A stretch of 64,000 bases of DNA from Octopus bimaculoides (lineage: Eukaryota), in contig NC_068989.1 of the NCBI RefSeq assembly GCF_001194135.2, forward strand, positions 714,057 through 778,056, written 5' to 3'. Position numbers and translations under genes: made by a program. This document shows, one piece after another, positions 51,997 through 63,310 of this stretch. The notes under the pieces are model-generated. The model saw only the letters and a list, made by a program, of their open reading frames with translations. It was not told the origin of the DNA and made no database searches. The stretch's first letter is position 1; every line of letters begins with the position of its first letter.

Positions 51997-52769
51997 AAAA
52001 AAAATTTAATTATTTCCATGGCCTGTGTTGGTGTGGTTATTTATTCGAATTATCAGGTTCTGTTGTTACTCTTATTTTCAGGAATTGGAACAAGTTGAAG
52101 GTCAATTAACTTGAACAAAATGAGATAAATAATGGGAAACTATTTAGAAATAATAAATTCATGTGAAATATAACCCCCCCCCCCCCAAAAAAAAAACATT
52201 TATGATAACACTTTGTGGAGTAAACAGCCAGAAAACATCTGTAATAATAATAGTTACAAGGTCAGCCTAAAATAATAAAGTTGGTGTTAAAATAGGTTAT
52301 GTATGAGCCAAAGAATTTATATTAAACTTACATTTGTGAAGAGAATTAATCACTGATGTTTGTCAAAGCAGGTGAAACAACATCCAAAATTTCAACTAAT
52401 TAAAACAAAGCAGGTAACTAGTACTCTTCGATTTCGTGGAGAGAGGGGGAGAGAGTGAGTGAGGAAAGGTGTGTCATTTATGTATTTCTTTTTTGGCCTG
52501 TACAACATAAATATATCCTATTTATGCACATTTTCAAATAATTTCAGGGAGGTGGGGTTCCAGTTTCCTACCCCATCCTTTTTTTTTTTTTGAAGAAAAA
52601 TAAGGGGTTTGTGGCACATTAGGAGGTCAAGGTAAGGTGATTACACACGAGAATCCGAGGGTTTTTGTTTTATGAACTGCGTGGAGGTGCACTTGTAAAA
52701 GTTTATCCAAATGGTTTCATAAATATGGTGTTGACTATCGTTTCATGATAGAAAAATATTTAAGGGTGA

Positions 52770-53640
52770 TTGAACATCAAGAACCAATTCTTCCGTGTCC
52801 TCAGGAACATGGATACAGTCTTCCAAGTTCCAAAACAAACTTACGAAGTCGGTGAGATGGCTCGTATAAAAAGTAGTCTAACGACATACTCTTTGAGATA
52901 CTTCGGTCTCATTCCGGGAAGAATAATGCACTTTTTCAGGCTTCCCCATAAACACTGATCCAGTCTTCAGCGTGATTAACCTGATAGGTGTGTATAGCCC
53001 ATGCTGCTCAAGTTACTATACGCACGTCAACAGTCAATATAAATTATTGATCCCGGCCTGACGTAACGTCTAATGATAGGAATGAGGGCGTCAGCATCCC
53101 TTCTGTTGCCCTCGCCACATTCGGTCAAAAGTGGGACCATAAAGGCTCTCTTCATCAGACGTTCTTTCAATAGACCAGAACCGTTTCATCGATCTCAGTT
53201 TCAACCCCCATCTCCTCCGATCATATTTTGGTGGTTTTCAGCCTAAAACTGGTAAACCTCAGCACAGAGAGACCGCCAATCTACAGAGGTTTTACGGCAG
53301 AATCCGAGATTTTCCTTGATTAATCTGTACGACCAAGCTGTGCTGAGGAAGTGATTCACGAAAAGCAAAATCTTCCAAGGCGGAACATGGGTGTCTTCCA
53401 GAAAGGAGTTCTTCAATACAGATTCAGAATATCCACACTCCCTTCTGTATTGGCGACGTCTTCGTACCATCCTACGGCAACGGCGCATGATCGTTTTTTC
53501 GTGCAAAATACATGGAAAATGACATGTCGGACAATTGTGGGTAAACGGCAGGACACCGTGTTCCAGGAAAAATGTAATGGCAGTATTATTTTTACCGTGG
53601 AAACGGAGAACTCCTCCATAAAGAATGATATTGCAACAGT
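52770..53640 (-). mobile_element. Merlin (IS1595/ISXO2-like) transposase relic 1
   Basis: CPTC...RCRR...C zinc-ribbon region, TSVDWRSLCAEV, IGGDG/VETEIDET, LIPIIRRYVRPGSIIYIDC*RAY, VNH; contains stops and frameshifts. Confidence 0.85.
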
Positions 53641-54789
53641 TGCATAGGATTTTGTGTGTCTGTGCGCACGTGTGGGAGAGAGATAGTGAGTGAAGGTGAT
53701 GATGGATGTCTTTTAAGGTCCACACTCATGTAGAAAATGGGACGTCATCATGGTCGTCGTATAAAATGTTTACGGTAGATAACTTATGGAAAAGATTATA
53801 ATTTAAAATTTTTGTAATTCAAATATGTCAATGAAAATAAAGTTTAGTTAGTCGTGGAAATAGTACTGAATCTTTTGATACCCCATACATGAAAATCAAC
53901 AACTTGGTTTTGGACTGCATAAGGAATATTTGCACCCTGAAAAACTCCAAAATTGATCCACACACCCGTCTCCCTATTCAACAATAAAGGGTGCGCGAGC
54001 GCAACAATCTTTACAGCTCAGAAAACGAAGGACTAAAAGAAATAAAACAGCATGTTATACATACCTGTTGTATACGTCGGTCTTGTTTTTTCGCTTTAAA
54101 GGTAAGCGATTCTCATAGAAGCAAACATGATATTGAATAATTCTCCGTCATACGTCTATTAAAAACTTTAACAGACTTCCAAAACGGGATTTCATCTATG
54201 TTTATCTCCGTGCGTCAACAAGAAGTTTCCCCAATAAATTCGAAGGGTTAACATCGCACAAGTTCATACATTATTTCCGTAATCTCTAATTGAAATTAAG
54301 AAGCTACCACAACCACCCCATCAGAAACAATCATCATTATCTCCACAATATTTGTACCCTTTAAAAAGAAGCAGCTTTGTTATTTTTCTGAATTTATTTT
54401 ACATTGTGTACACCCAGATTGGAACTTTTACTGTACCTTGCACCAGAGAACATTATAGATTATGTGAAGACAAAACATATTGCCAATGAAAAAAACGTCT
54501 GCTTGCACACATTCGATGAATTTTCAAAATTCTAGTCGTTCTATTGACGGGTTTGTCAATAGAAAGTGCGCTAAATGTTAAAAAAAAAAAAACCTCTTTC
54601 CATCAGGAAAGGTACATTTACGGAAAACTCTAAGCTGCCATTATATGTAATTTTTCATTTAGTGTTTGATTTTATTTTCGATTGACAATATCTGCAAGTA
54701 TGAATTTGCATTGATAAAAAAACTGCCGTTCAGTGATACCAGTTTTGTAGAGATGTCTGTTTGGCAAAACTGCTGCAGGATGAAACTCC

Positions 54790-55085
54790 CATTGGCGGTC
54801 CGGTTCATAATAGTGGAGATAGATGAAAGCTTGTTCTTCAATAGCAAGAACAATGCAGGAAGAATGTGTCGCCCAACTTGGGTTGTCGGATGTTATGACA
54901 CCACAACCAGAAAAGGATTTCTTCTACGTGTACTCGAGAGACGTTGGAGAATGTTATCAGACAAAACGTTCTCCCAGGAACTACTGTTATGACTGACAAT
55001 TTGGCAAGCTATTGTAATCTCCACACACTCGGTTACATTCCCCATACGGTAAATCATTCCCCAAATTTCATAGATCGGTCACCAG
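54790..55085 (+). mobile_element. Merlin (IS1595/ISXO2-like) transposase relic 2
   Basis: IVEIDESLF..K.NAGR...WVVG, then frameshifted IRQNVLPGTTVMTDNLASYCNL..LGY.PHTVNHSPNFID. Confidence 0.88.
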
Positions 55086-55344
55086 GACTTGTACAAATCG
55101 GCAGAGGTAAGGATCATGGACCGCACCCATTTTAGGATATTTGTTTGGTTTTATTTTTACATGAACACACTATATCGAGGGCGGAGATTCCGAATTTGCA
55201 AAAGAAAAAAAATTATCTGCATTTCAAAATTTATATTGTACAGGCAAAAGAAAACCCCACATAAATGACGAAACACACCTTTACTCACTCAGTCTCCCCC
55301 TCCCCTTCTCTCTCTCCACTCTCCCCCCTCTCTCTCTCTCTCTC

Positions 55345-55948
55345 NNNNNNNNNNNNNNNNNNNNNNNNNNNNNNNNNNNNNNNNNNNNNNNNNNNNNNNN
55401 NNNNNNNNNNNNNNNNNNNNNNNNNNNNNNNNNNNNNNNNNNNNNNNNNNNNNNNNNNNNNNNNNNNNNNNNNNNNNNNNNNNNNNNNNNNNNNNNNNNN
55501 NNNNNNNNNNNNNNNNNNNNNNNNNNNNNNNNNNNNNNNNNNNNNNNNNNNNNNNNNNNNNNNNNNNNNNNNNNNNNNNNNNNNNNNNNNNNNNNNNNNN
55601 NNNNNNNNNNNNNNNNNNNNNNNNNNNNNNNNNNNNNNNNNNNNNNNNNNNNNNNNNNNNNNNNNNNNNNNNNNNNNNNNNNNNNNNNNNNNNNNNNNNN
55701 NNNNNNNNNNNNNNNNNNNNNNNNNNNNNNNNNNNNNNNNNNNNNNNNNNNNNNNNNNNNNNNNNNNNNNNNNNNNNNNNNNNNNNNNNNNNNNNNNNNN
55801 NNNNNNNNNNNNNNNNNNNNNNNNNNNNNNNNNNNNNNNNNNNNNNNNNNNNNNNNNNNNNNNNNNNNNNNNNNNNNNNNNNNNNNNNNNNNNNNNNNNN
55901 NNNNNNNNNNNNNNNNNNNNNNNNNNNNNNNNNNNNNNNNNNNNNNNN
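55345..55948. other. Assembly gap (N run)
   Basis: N bases. Confidence 1.
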
Positions 55949-56036
55949 TATATATATATATATATATATATATATGAGTATGTGTGCTTGTATATATGTA
56001 TATGGATGTGTGTATTTATGTATATGTATCTATCTA

Positions 56037-57227
56037 TCTCCATATATATTTAGATAGAAAGAGAGAGTAATAACAAGTGAATGAGAATAGTGACGAAGGG
56101 TTAAAAAAAGCGTAAAAATAATTGGAGATAAAATGAAACAAAAACGAAGCCAAAACATTAAGAATTATTGAAAGTGGGTAGAAAATAACACTTCGTAGTG
56201 TAAGTAGTACTATACTAGGGTATCTGTAGAAAGTTGAATGGGATTTCAGAATATAACTAGGAAAAATTCGGATCTTGTGAATTTTCCAAAGTCCTCTCTC
56301 CCACCCTTTTTGAAAAGATTTTTCCTACAAGTTTCTTTATAATCGTAATGTATTCCGTTTGAAAAGTATTTCTATAAAATTTCATTGAAAAAAAACTCCA
56401 TTTTCCTAAAAGTTACGAGGGAAAAGCTCGGATCTTGTGAATTTTCCGAAGTCCTTTCCCCCAGCTTCCCGTTGCTTCTGGAGCTGTTTTCACATATGAT
56501 CCATCCCATTCTTATAAAAATGATAACTCTGTCCAAATTGGTGTGCTAAACGCAAATTGTCATTTCTGTAGAGCTTTAAAATTTTCAAATGAAACAAATG
56601 GCATGTGCTGCTCAGGCGGTCATGTAACATTGCCATTACTACTAGCTCCTTCTCAACCTCTTATGGATCTTCTGGAAGGCACTTCCATCCAGTCAAAGGA
56701 TTTTCTGAACAATATCAGACAATACAACTCTGCATTTCAAATGACATCGTTTGGTGCATCTAAGAAGATAGATAAACATGAATTTACGCCGACGTCAAAG
56801 TTCAAGGGCAAGTCTATCACTTCATTGGTTCCCTGTTACCCACAAATGAACGACCACAGCTCCTCCAAATTTACTTTATGTTTGGTGTAGAACAACAAAC
56901 CCGAAGGAGGTGTCACAATTTTCAGATGATGGGTCGTGTTAGACACAATGCAGACTGCTGCAAAAGAGTCTATCCACTGACAGCTTTTTGGTACATTAAA
57001 AAAATCACATAACCCCCTACCCCCAATTTTCCATGACAGGTTAGGGCCTGAAATACTCCAAACGGACTCATAGCATGTTACTTAGTCGAATTAGCCCATC
57101 ATTTTCTCCATAAATGCTTTGTTGTCAATGCTGCACTTTCCCATATCAATTGTTTCAACATAACTGTAATATAATATATACAAACTATGCCATTTTAATC
57201 CTGAGCAATGCTGGGTATCTCTGCTAG
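56037..57227 (+). mobile_element. Internally deleted Helitron with a Rep/Hel N-terminal relic
   Basis: 5' end a|TCTCCATATAT. ORF CHFCRALKF...GMCCSGG...NIRQYNSAFQMTSFGA, then frameshifted VQGQVYHFIGSLLP...LQIYF. Degenerate 3' hairpin cctgagcaatgctggg plus CTAG|t. Confidence 0.85.
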
Positions 57228-57253
57228 TGTGTGTATATATGTGTGTGTGTGTG

Positions 57254-57286
<33 letters not shown>

Positions 57287-58379
57287 CTGATAAAGAGGAG
57301 AGTTGAGGAATAAGGAAAGGTTTAATGAAGCAAGAGAAGGTAAAGGGATGGAAGGAAAACCGTTCCTTTAAGCCTGTTATCAGTAAAAGGTGCTGGACTC
57401 GTTCCCCAGATGTAAAGGTGCTGCATATGATGATGTGCAACTAAAGTTCTGAATAATATGATATTGTGACTTTGGCCTAGAAGATGGCTGTTAAAGTAAG
57501 GGCAGATGTTGCATTGTCACAAATGCATTTAAAAGTTCCAGGTTGCTGGTGGCTGAATGCTGAGAAGCTTCTTCTGAGGAGCCTTCCGAGGTTCCTATCT
57601 TCTTTTTTAAAGGTGAAGAGGGGTGATGTGGGAAACAGTTGTTCGGTCAGAAAACAGAATTCAGGTGTTGCAGATAAGTTTATCTTGGAATGGAAGGACA
57701 ATGGACAGGAGGAAGGTGCAGTATGGTCTGTAATTGTGCATAAAGTGGGATGGAAAGCGGTGGTATGGTTGATCACCTTCAATTTCTCTCATACAATTTC
57801 TTCTACAACTTCTTATTTACATATGAAGCCCACATGATTCTGCATTCCTTATTAATTGCAGTCTCAGTTTATCTTTGAGGACATAAAACTCTACTGTCCT
57901 CACTCACTTCATCAGATGTTTGAATGGACTCCTTTTATCAATTCTATTAAATATTACAAGTCTTGTTGATCCAACAGCAACCACTTAGATCATATATACT
58001 CTATACAAGTGTATATAATATTATATATTACAGGGGCAACATAGTAGAGAGGTTGATAAGTTTGTTTCACAAGCACAAAGTCTTGGCTGAATATCATTTT
58101 CTGTAGACTTGACCCAGAGCTTGTGACTGAAAAAAATACAACTTTGTCACACCTATTCTGGCTGAGAATTACATTAAGGGTTCATATGTCCAGGGAATAC
58201 TGTCAATCACTTACACAGTAAGTCAGTCGATCAAATAACTGAAACCTCATCAGACATCCATCAGCTAGGTGATATAATCAATAGACAGGATGCAGTGAAT
58301 AAACTGTCATCGAATTTATGCAAAAAGGAAAATAACACTGACATCTCATTTTAACAGATATATTTACCAAAATTACATA

Positions 58380-59095
58380 AAGATTTCTTGATATACAACC
58401 ACTGCCGCCAGATGACTTTGGCATCTCCTGCAACTCTTCTGGATGTTCTTGTTGAAGTTGGTCAATGCTGCCATAATCCTTGCCTTCAGTTCATCTTTGG
58501 TGTTACAAGGAGTTTTGTTGGTCTGCACCCACACATAATAATCAAGGGGGTTGCAGTGTGAGAAATTAGGTGACCAGATGTTAGGGGTGATGTGGTCACA
58601 GAAATGGTCTGACAGCCATGACTCGGTTCTCCTGCTTGTGTGGCATGGTGCAGAGTCCTGTTGCCAGGCATAGGGTCTAACAGCAGCCACCCCCTTGACC
58701 CAGGGCAGCACCACCTCCTCCAGGCACTTGATGTAGGCCTCTGTGTTGAGTCTGAGGCTGTGTGGGAAGATGAATGGAAGCATAGCATCGCCATCACTAA
58801 TGATCACTCCAAACACCATGATGTTGACTGGATGTTTGATTTTTATCACTCTTGGGACACATTTTGGGGACAGGGCAAGCCAACGGTTGTTCTATCAGAG
58901 CTTCCAGTGCAGATGCCAAGCAGTACAGCATGTTGTTTCCAAATTTCTGGTTGAGTGAGTTGCATCATGGTGCTGTTTTTCTCACAGACAGTGCCCAACT
59001 GACCCTACCATACTATGTAGTCAACGAAATAAAAAACAATGTACATGCACGAAATTAAGAATATAAAATTGTGACAATTTACCCATCACACCGTG
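58380..59095 (-). mobile_element. maT (DD37D) Tc1/mariner-superfamily transposon relic
   Basis: MVFGVI...WQQDSAPCH(..)CNPLDY with 37 residues between the second and third Asp. 5' TIR-like end TA|CACGGTGTGATGGGTAAATTGTCAC at 59095. The other TIR is not seen. Confidence 0.85.
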
Positions 59096-59124
59096 TATAT
59101 GTGGGTGTATACGTGTATATATAG

Positions 59125-59345
59125 CTTGTATTTTGCTTGAAGGGGCCTTGTGTCAGGCCCTGCATCTGATGGTTGGACGTGTTTGGGGGAAGATCTGCAG
59201 AGGCTCAACGTTACCTTGGAGGATGCATGGGACCACCAGCGATAGAGAGCACTGGTGGACCTGGTTGGCTCTACACATGATGATGTCTCTGCGGCCACTA
59301 AACTGGGATGATCCCAGCCCCATCAAGCATGAGGATGAAGCAGAG
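59125..59345 (+). mobile_element. Non-LTR retrotransposon ORF2 C-terminal fragment (RTE-like)
   Basis: GRPCI*WLDV / EDLQRLNVTLEDAWDHQR*RALV, typical of an RTE ORF end. Confidence 0.55.
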
Positions 59346-59520
59346 TGAGCAACATTTACATGTTTGCTGACCCTATTATAAGGGGACGACGTACAACGAC
59401 ATTTTTGGGCATACCTACACAAGTGGGTAAATTTTCAGATTAACACTCGCACGATTTTCACTCGGGTGTTAGGGCTAGGGAATTCCTAACAAGTCTGCCT
59501 TGCCCGACTTCCTTTCCTTA

Positions 59521-59663
59521 TAGCTTCTAGAAAAATGGATATTTTTTAATGAAATTTTCAACTAATACTCTTCAGATGGTGTAGATTGTATCAGAATCTA
59601 CACCATCTGAAGCATATTTGTATAAAAATTTCATTACAAAATATACATTTTGTCTGGAAATTA
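59521..59663. repeat. Imperfect palindrome (about 65-bp arms, perfect 17-bp core), probably MITE-derived
   Basis: ttcagatggtgtagatt-gtatcag-aatctacaccatctgaa at 59571-59611. A related partial copy lies at about 23995-24070. Confidence 0.8.
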
Positions 59664-60078
59664 CGAGAAACAAAGCCGTGGGGGGAGGGGGGCACACTTG
59701 TGTAGAGATGCAATTTTTTTTAAACCTTTTATTGCAAATTCTATCACAAAACGGTAAGATATCTACACCAAAGCAGAGTATGACATTTCGAGATCCTAAA
59801 TTCTATTTGATTTTCATAAGAGAAAGTCATTTTTAGGTTTTGTCCATCGTCATCTCCAACCGAAAGTTTTGACGTTGACGGGAATTAATATTCCAATGGA
59901 CAGGAAAATAGGATAAAAGTAAATGTAGCATGAAATTTCGAAAATCTTATTGAAAATATTTTCAACAATTCAGTATCGTATTTTTATATTCTAAACGTAA
60001 AAACTCTTCTTTTTTTTTTTCGACCGTATTTAAAAGAAATACGAAACTAAGACTAAGAAAAGACGCATTGGTTTAAAG

Positions 60079-61311
60079 ATGGCTCCGAATACTTCGAGGA
60101 AGTTAAACGATGCTGAGAAGGAAATCATTGACAAAATCCCTTCAGCTTCCATTGAAGAAATTAAACAGTTATTGAGTGAACCAGAAGTCCGTATCGACTG
60201 CCTGGATGAGCAAGGAACTACACCATTACAACATGCTGCATTCAAAGGACGAAGCGACTTGTGTGAGTTGTTCTTACAACACGGCGCCGATGTCAACTCC
60301 AATCAACACATCGATGGTTACACCGCCCTCATGTTTGCTGCCCTTTCCGGTAAACCTGCTCTTGTTCGAAAGATGTTATGTGCCGGGGCAAAGACCGACC
60401 CCGTGAACCGTGTCAATCGAACAGCCGCTCAAATGGCAGCCTTTGTTGGCTACCACAAATGTGTTTCAACCATAAATAATTTCATTAGCTTCGATGAAGT
60501 GGAATATTACGCCAAACCACAAGGCCTGGAGAAAGAAGCGAAACTTCCCAAACAATTGGTCGCACCACTGGTAGAACTGCTTAACAACTCTTATCTTCAC
60601 CCGTTAAAGGTTTCTTATTTCTTAGAGGCTAATCCAAGTCTTCTGGAAAATTCGCATAAGGTACAAAACGTTTTAGATATTATGTGCGAAAAAAGTATGA
60701 AAAGTGCTGAGACAAATGATGTGATGGCTATCAAAGTAAATTATTACTCCTTTATGATTCGAAACATCGCCAAATCGTACAATGAAAAAGAAAAATCGCT
60801 AAGTAGTTGGATTAAGAGTTTAGTGAAAGGCAGAGAGAGCGATGGCTTTGCCGAGAAACCCGAAAAGCTTATACGTCAGTCCATGAAAGAATTTATCTAC
60901 GTTGAGTCGGATCTTTTTTTGCAATTTATTCGAACTGTGTCTCCTGTAGCCATCGGAGATTATCCCACGGCTATTTCAGTGCTCACTAACTGTGTCCATG
61001 GACAACAGTTTAAAAACGACAATGTCAGTTGTGAAGCTTGTGGAGAAATCGACTTTACAAAGAAATGCTCTGCTTGTAAAATGGTTTACTATTGTAGCCA
61101 ACGGTGTCAGAAGCTGCGCTACACTACACACAAGAAGTTCTGTGCTCAGCTTCGAAAGCAATTTGAAGAGCTTGAAAAGAAGAACAAAGATGCGGAAGAT
61201 AAAGAGGAATTCTCTGAAGAGAAAAATGGAGAGCAACAGGTAGAAGTGAAGGAAGATAACGGTAAATTAGAAGAGGCTGTGGAGAAAATCGAAATTAAAT
61301 CTGAGGTATAG
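60079..61311 (+). CDS. ANKMY2: Ankyrin repeat and MYND domain-containing protein 2 (DAF-25 family), single-exon ORF, 410 aa
   Basis: N-terminal ankyrin repeats (GTTPLQHAAFKG, GYTALMFAALSG, RTAAQMAAFVG). The MYND finger CEAC...CSAC..YYCSQRCQ...HKKFC has all eight ligands. Acidic/Lys-rich tail. Confidence 0.95.
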   Translation: MAPNTSRKLNDAEKEIIDKIPSASIEEIKQLLSEPEVRIDCLDEQGTTPLQHAAFKGRSDLCELFLQHGADVNSNQHIDGYTALMFAALSGKPALVRKMLCAGAKTDPVNRVNRTAAQMAAFVGYHKCVSTINNFISFDEVEYYAKPQGLEKEAKLPKQLVAPLVELLNNSYLHPLKVSYFLEANPSLLENSHKVQNVLDIMCEKSMKSAETNDVMAIKVNYYSFMIRNIAKSYNEKEKSLSSWIKSLVKGRESDGFAEKPEKLIRQSMKEFIYVESDLFLQFIRTVSPVAIGDYPTAISVLTNCVHGQQFKNDNVSCEACGEIDFTKKCSACKMVYYCSQRCQKLRYTTHKKFCAQLRKQFEELEKKNKDAEDKEEFSEEKNGEQQVEVKEDNGKLEEAVEKIEIKSEV

Positions 61312-62144
61312 TGTGCTTGAGACTTACTGTTTCCTGGTGTTTTAAATGAATGACTGAGGTTTCTTGGCAATTCATTCAAACAATTATAAGATTGAACTAT
61401 ATATTTCAAATGTAATTAACACCTTTACTTTATAAACTATTTTCTGACTAGTTAAGGACGAAACATTTTAGTTCTATTATGAAGTGAAAAAAAAAAAAAG
61501 TTTTCTATTTCTGTTGCTTTTATTTAGTTCGGAAAAGCCAAAATTATTTGACTGTCAAAAAGGATTCTAGAGTAAAATTCTGTGTAAGGTAGGGCGAAGA
61601 AAATGAATTTTAGCTTAGACTGATTGAAATAAAATGAGAATGTTTTACTGAAAGACTTAACATTTATCAACAAAAAAAAACCAAAAGGAGAAACGAACGA
61701 ATATTTTGTTGGTTTCTTTTGCATGTGAAAAATTATCGAATTTTCTCGGCGGTTTTTTTTCTCACATCAGGGGAGATAACGCCTTTCCTATAAACCAGGA
61801 CTGTTCTCGCCCCTGCAGTGTGAAACCGCTTTCTATTCCCTATCATTCATAAAGCATTTTTGTTCATCAGTCATTATTTCCTTATTGTAAAGTTGTAGAA
61901 ATATTATTGAATAAAGTTCCTCTCCCTCATTATTTTCTCTTATTTTTCATCTGATTTGCTTGAGAAGTGTATTAACGTTTTTACAGTTGCCACCGTGAGG
62001 TTATTCTCTTCACACAAGGAGTCCAAGCGTCACTAGAGTTTGGAATTTACCGCCGAAAAAAAAGTGAAACTAAACTGTTCTTAGAAAATGAGAGTATATT
62101 GCGATAGAAACAGAAAGTCTCGTAATTCCATATAATATATATAG

Positions 62145-62305
62145 GGCTATCTTTCGATCTGATGTGAGGAAATGTCAAGTGAAAAGCACATGGGTTTTGT
62201 TTACATCTAATCAGCTAACCCTAACCCTAACCGGCCGATTAGATGTAAACAAAACCCCATGTGCTTTTCACTTGACATTTCCTCACATCAAATCGAAAGA
62301 TAGCC
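62145..62305. repeat. Near-perfect palindrome (68/69-bp arms) with a telomere-type (CTAACC)3 loop
   Basis: Arms at 62145-62212 and 62237-62305 differ by one mismatch and one indel. Confidence 0.9.
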
Positions 62306-62769
62306 AAGACCTTCTGGATAACCCCGATGGCTCCAGAACATAATTACTATATGATGTACCACTATATCCAATTCATATATATATAGTGGTTGAACAAAAC
62401 AATGGAAACACCAAGCATCATGTGAACAAAAGCCAGGTATAGAGGTTTATTTTTGGCTAGATATTTCTCCTGCAGTTGTTTAACCAGGAATATAATAGTA
62501 CCAGTCGTGCTCCTTCCTGGTGCAAATCCAAACTGCATCTCATCTACTACACTAACTCTCTCCCTAATTAATTGACCCTTTCTCTGACTTTCATCACCTG
62601 GCCCACCAATTTGATGCCCTCTGTAATTATTCCTGTCTAAGGCATTACCTTTACCTTTGCAGCAGCTGACTATAATACTGCTACACCAATCATTGAGTGT
62701 GACTCCCTTGTGGACAACGGATGACTAGACTATATACTACTCCCTCAGATATTTTAAGCACCTCAGTAG

Positions 62770-63310
62770 TGATTCCCTGTCTTCATGTCCTTAATTGCTT
62801 TATCTACCAAGCTATTATTGATTTGGATAGCTGGTCTCTCAGTTGGGTCTACATTAGGCAGACTCTCGCACTCATTTTCCACATTTAGGAGCCTTTCATA
62901 TTGGCACCTCCAAGCCTCTTTCTTTTCTGAATCATTAAATGCAAGTGCACCATCATCCATGTGGACACATTTCTCTCTTATGACATTACGATTTTCTTGT
63001 ACACACTATCTTACCACCTGAAATATTTCAAGTCTCTGGTCCTCACAGAACATAGGCAAACTTCTTTTCTGTTTCTCCTCTGGCTTGATATACCTGCCTC
63101 TTAGCTTCCTTTCTGGCTGAGACAGTTTGCTGCTACCCCCACACTTCCAATCCTGTTTCTTTGCTCTAAGGGCCTTGTCTACAGTATCATTCCACCACCA
63201 TGTCACACAAGGTCTGGCTAGGGCTTTGCACCAGACACAGATTTGGTCTGTGGCACTTAGCAAGCTGTCCTGCAGGAATCCCCAGTTGCCCACTAATGTT
63301 ATTAAGTAAT
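62770..63310 (-). mobile_element. RTE-clade LINE fragment (endonuclease-to-RT linker)
   Basis: TWWWNDTVDKALRAKK...; KKEAWRCQYERLLNVENE...LVDKAIKDMKTG. Confidence 0.8.
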
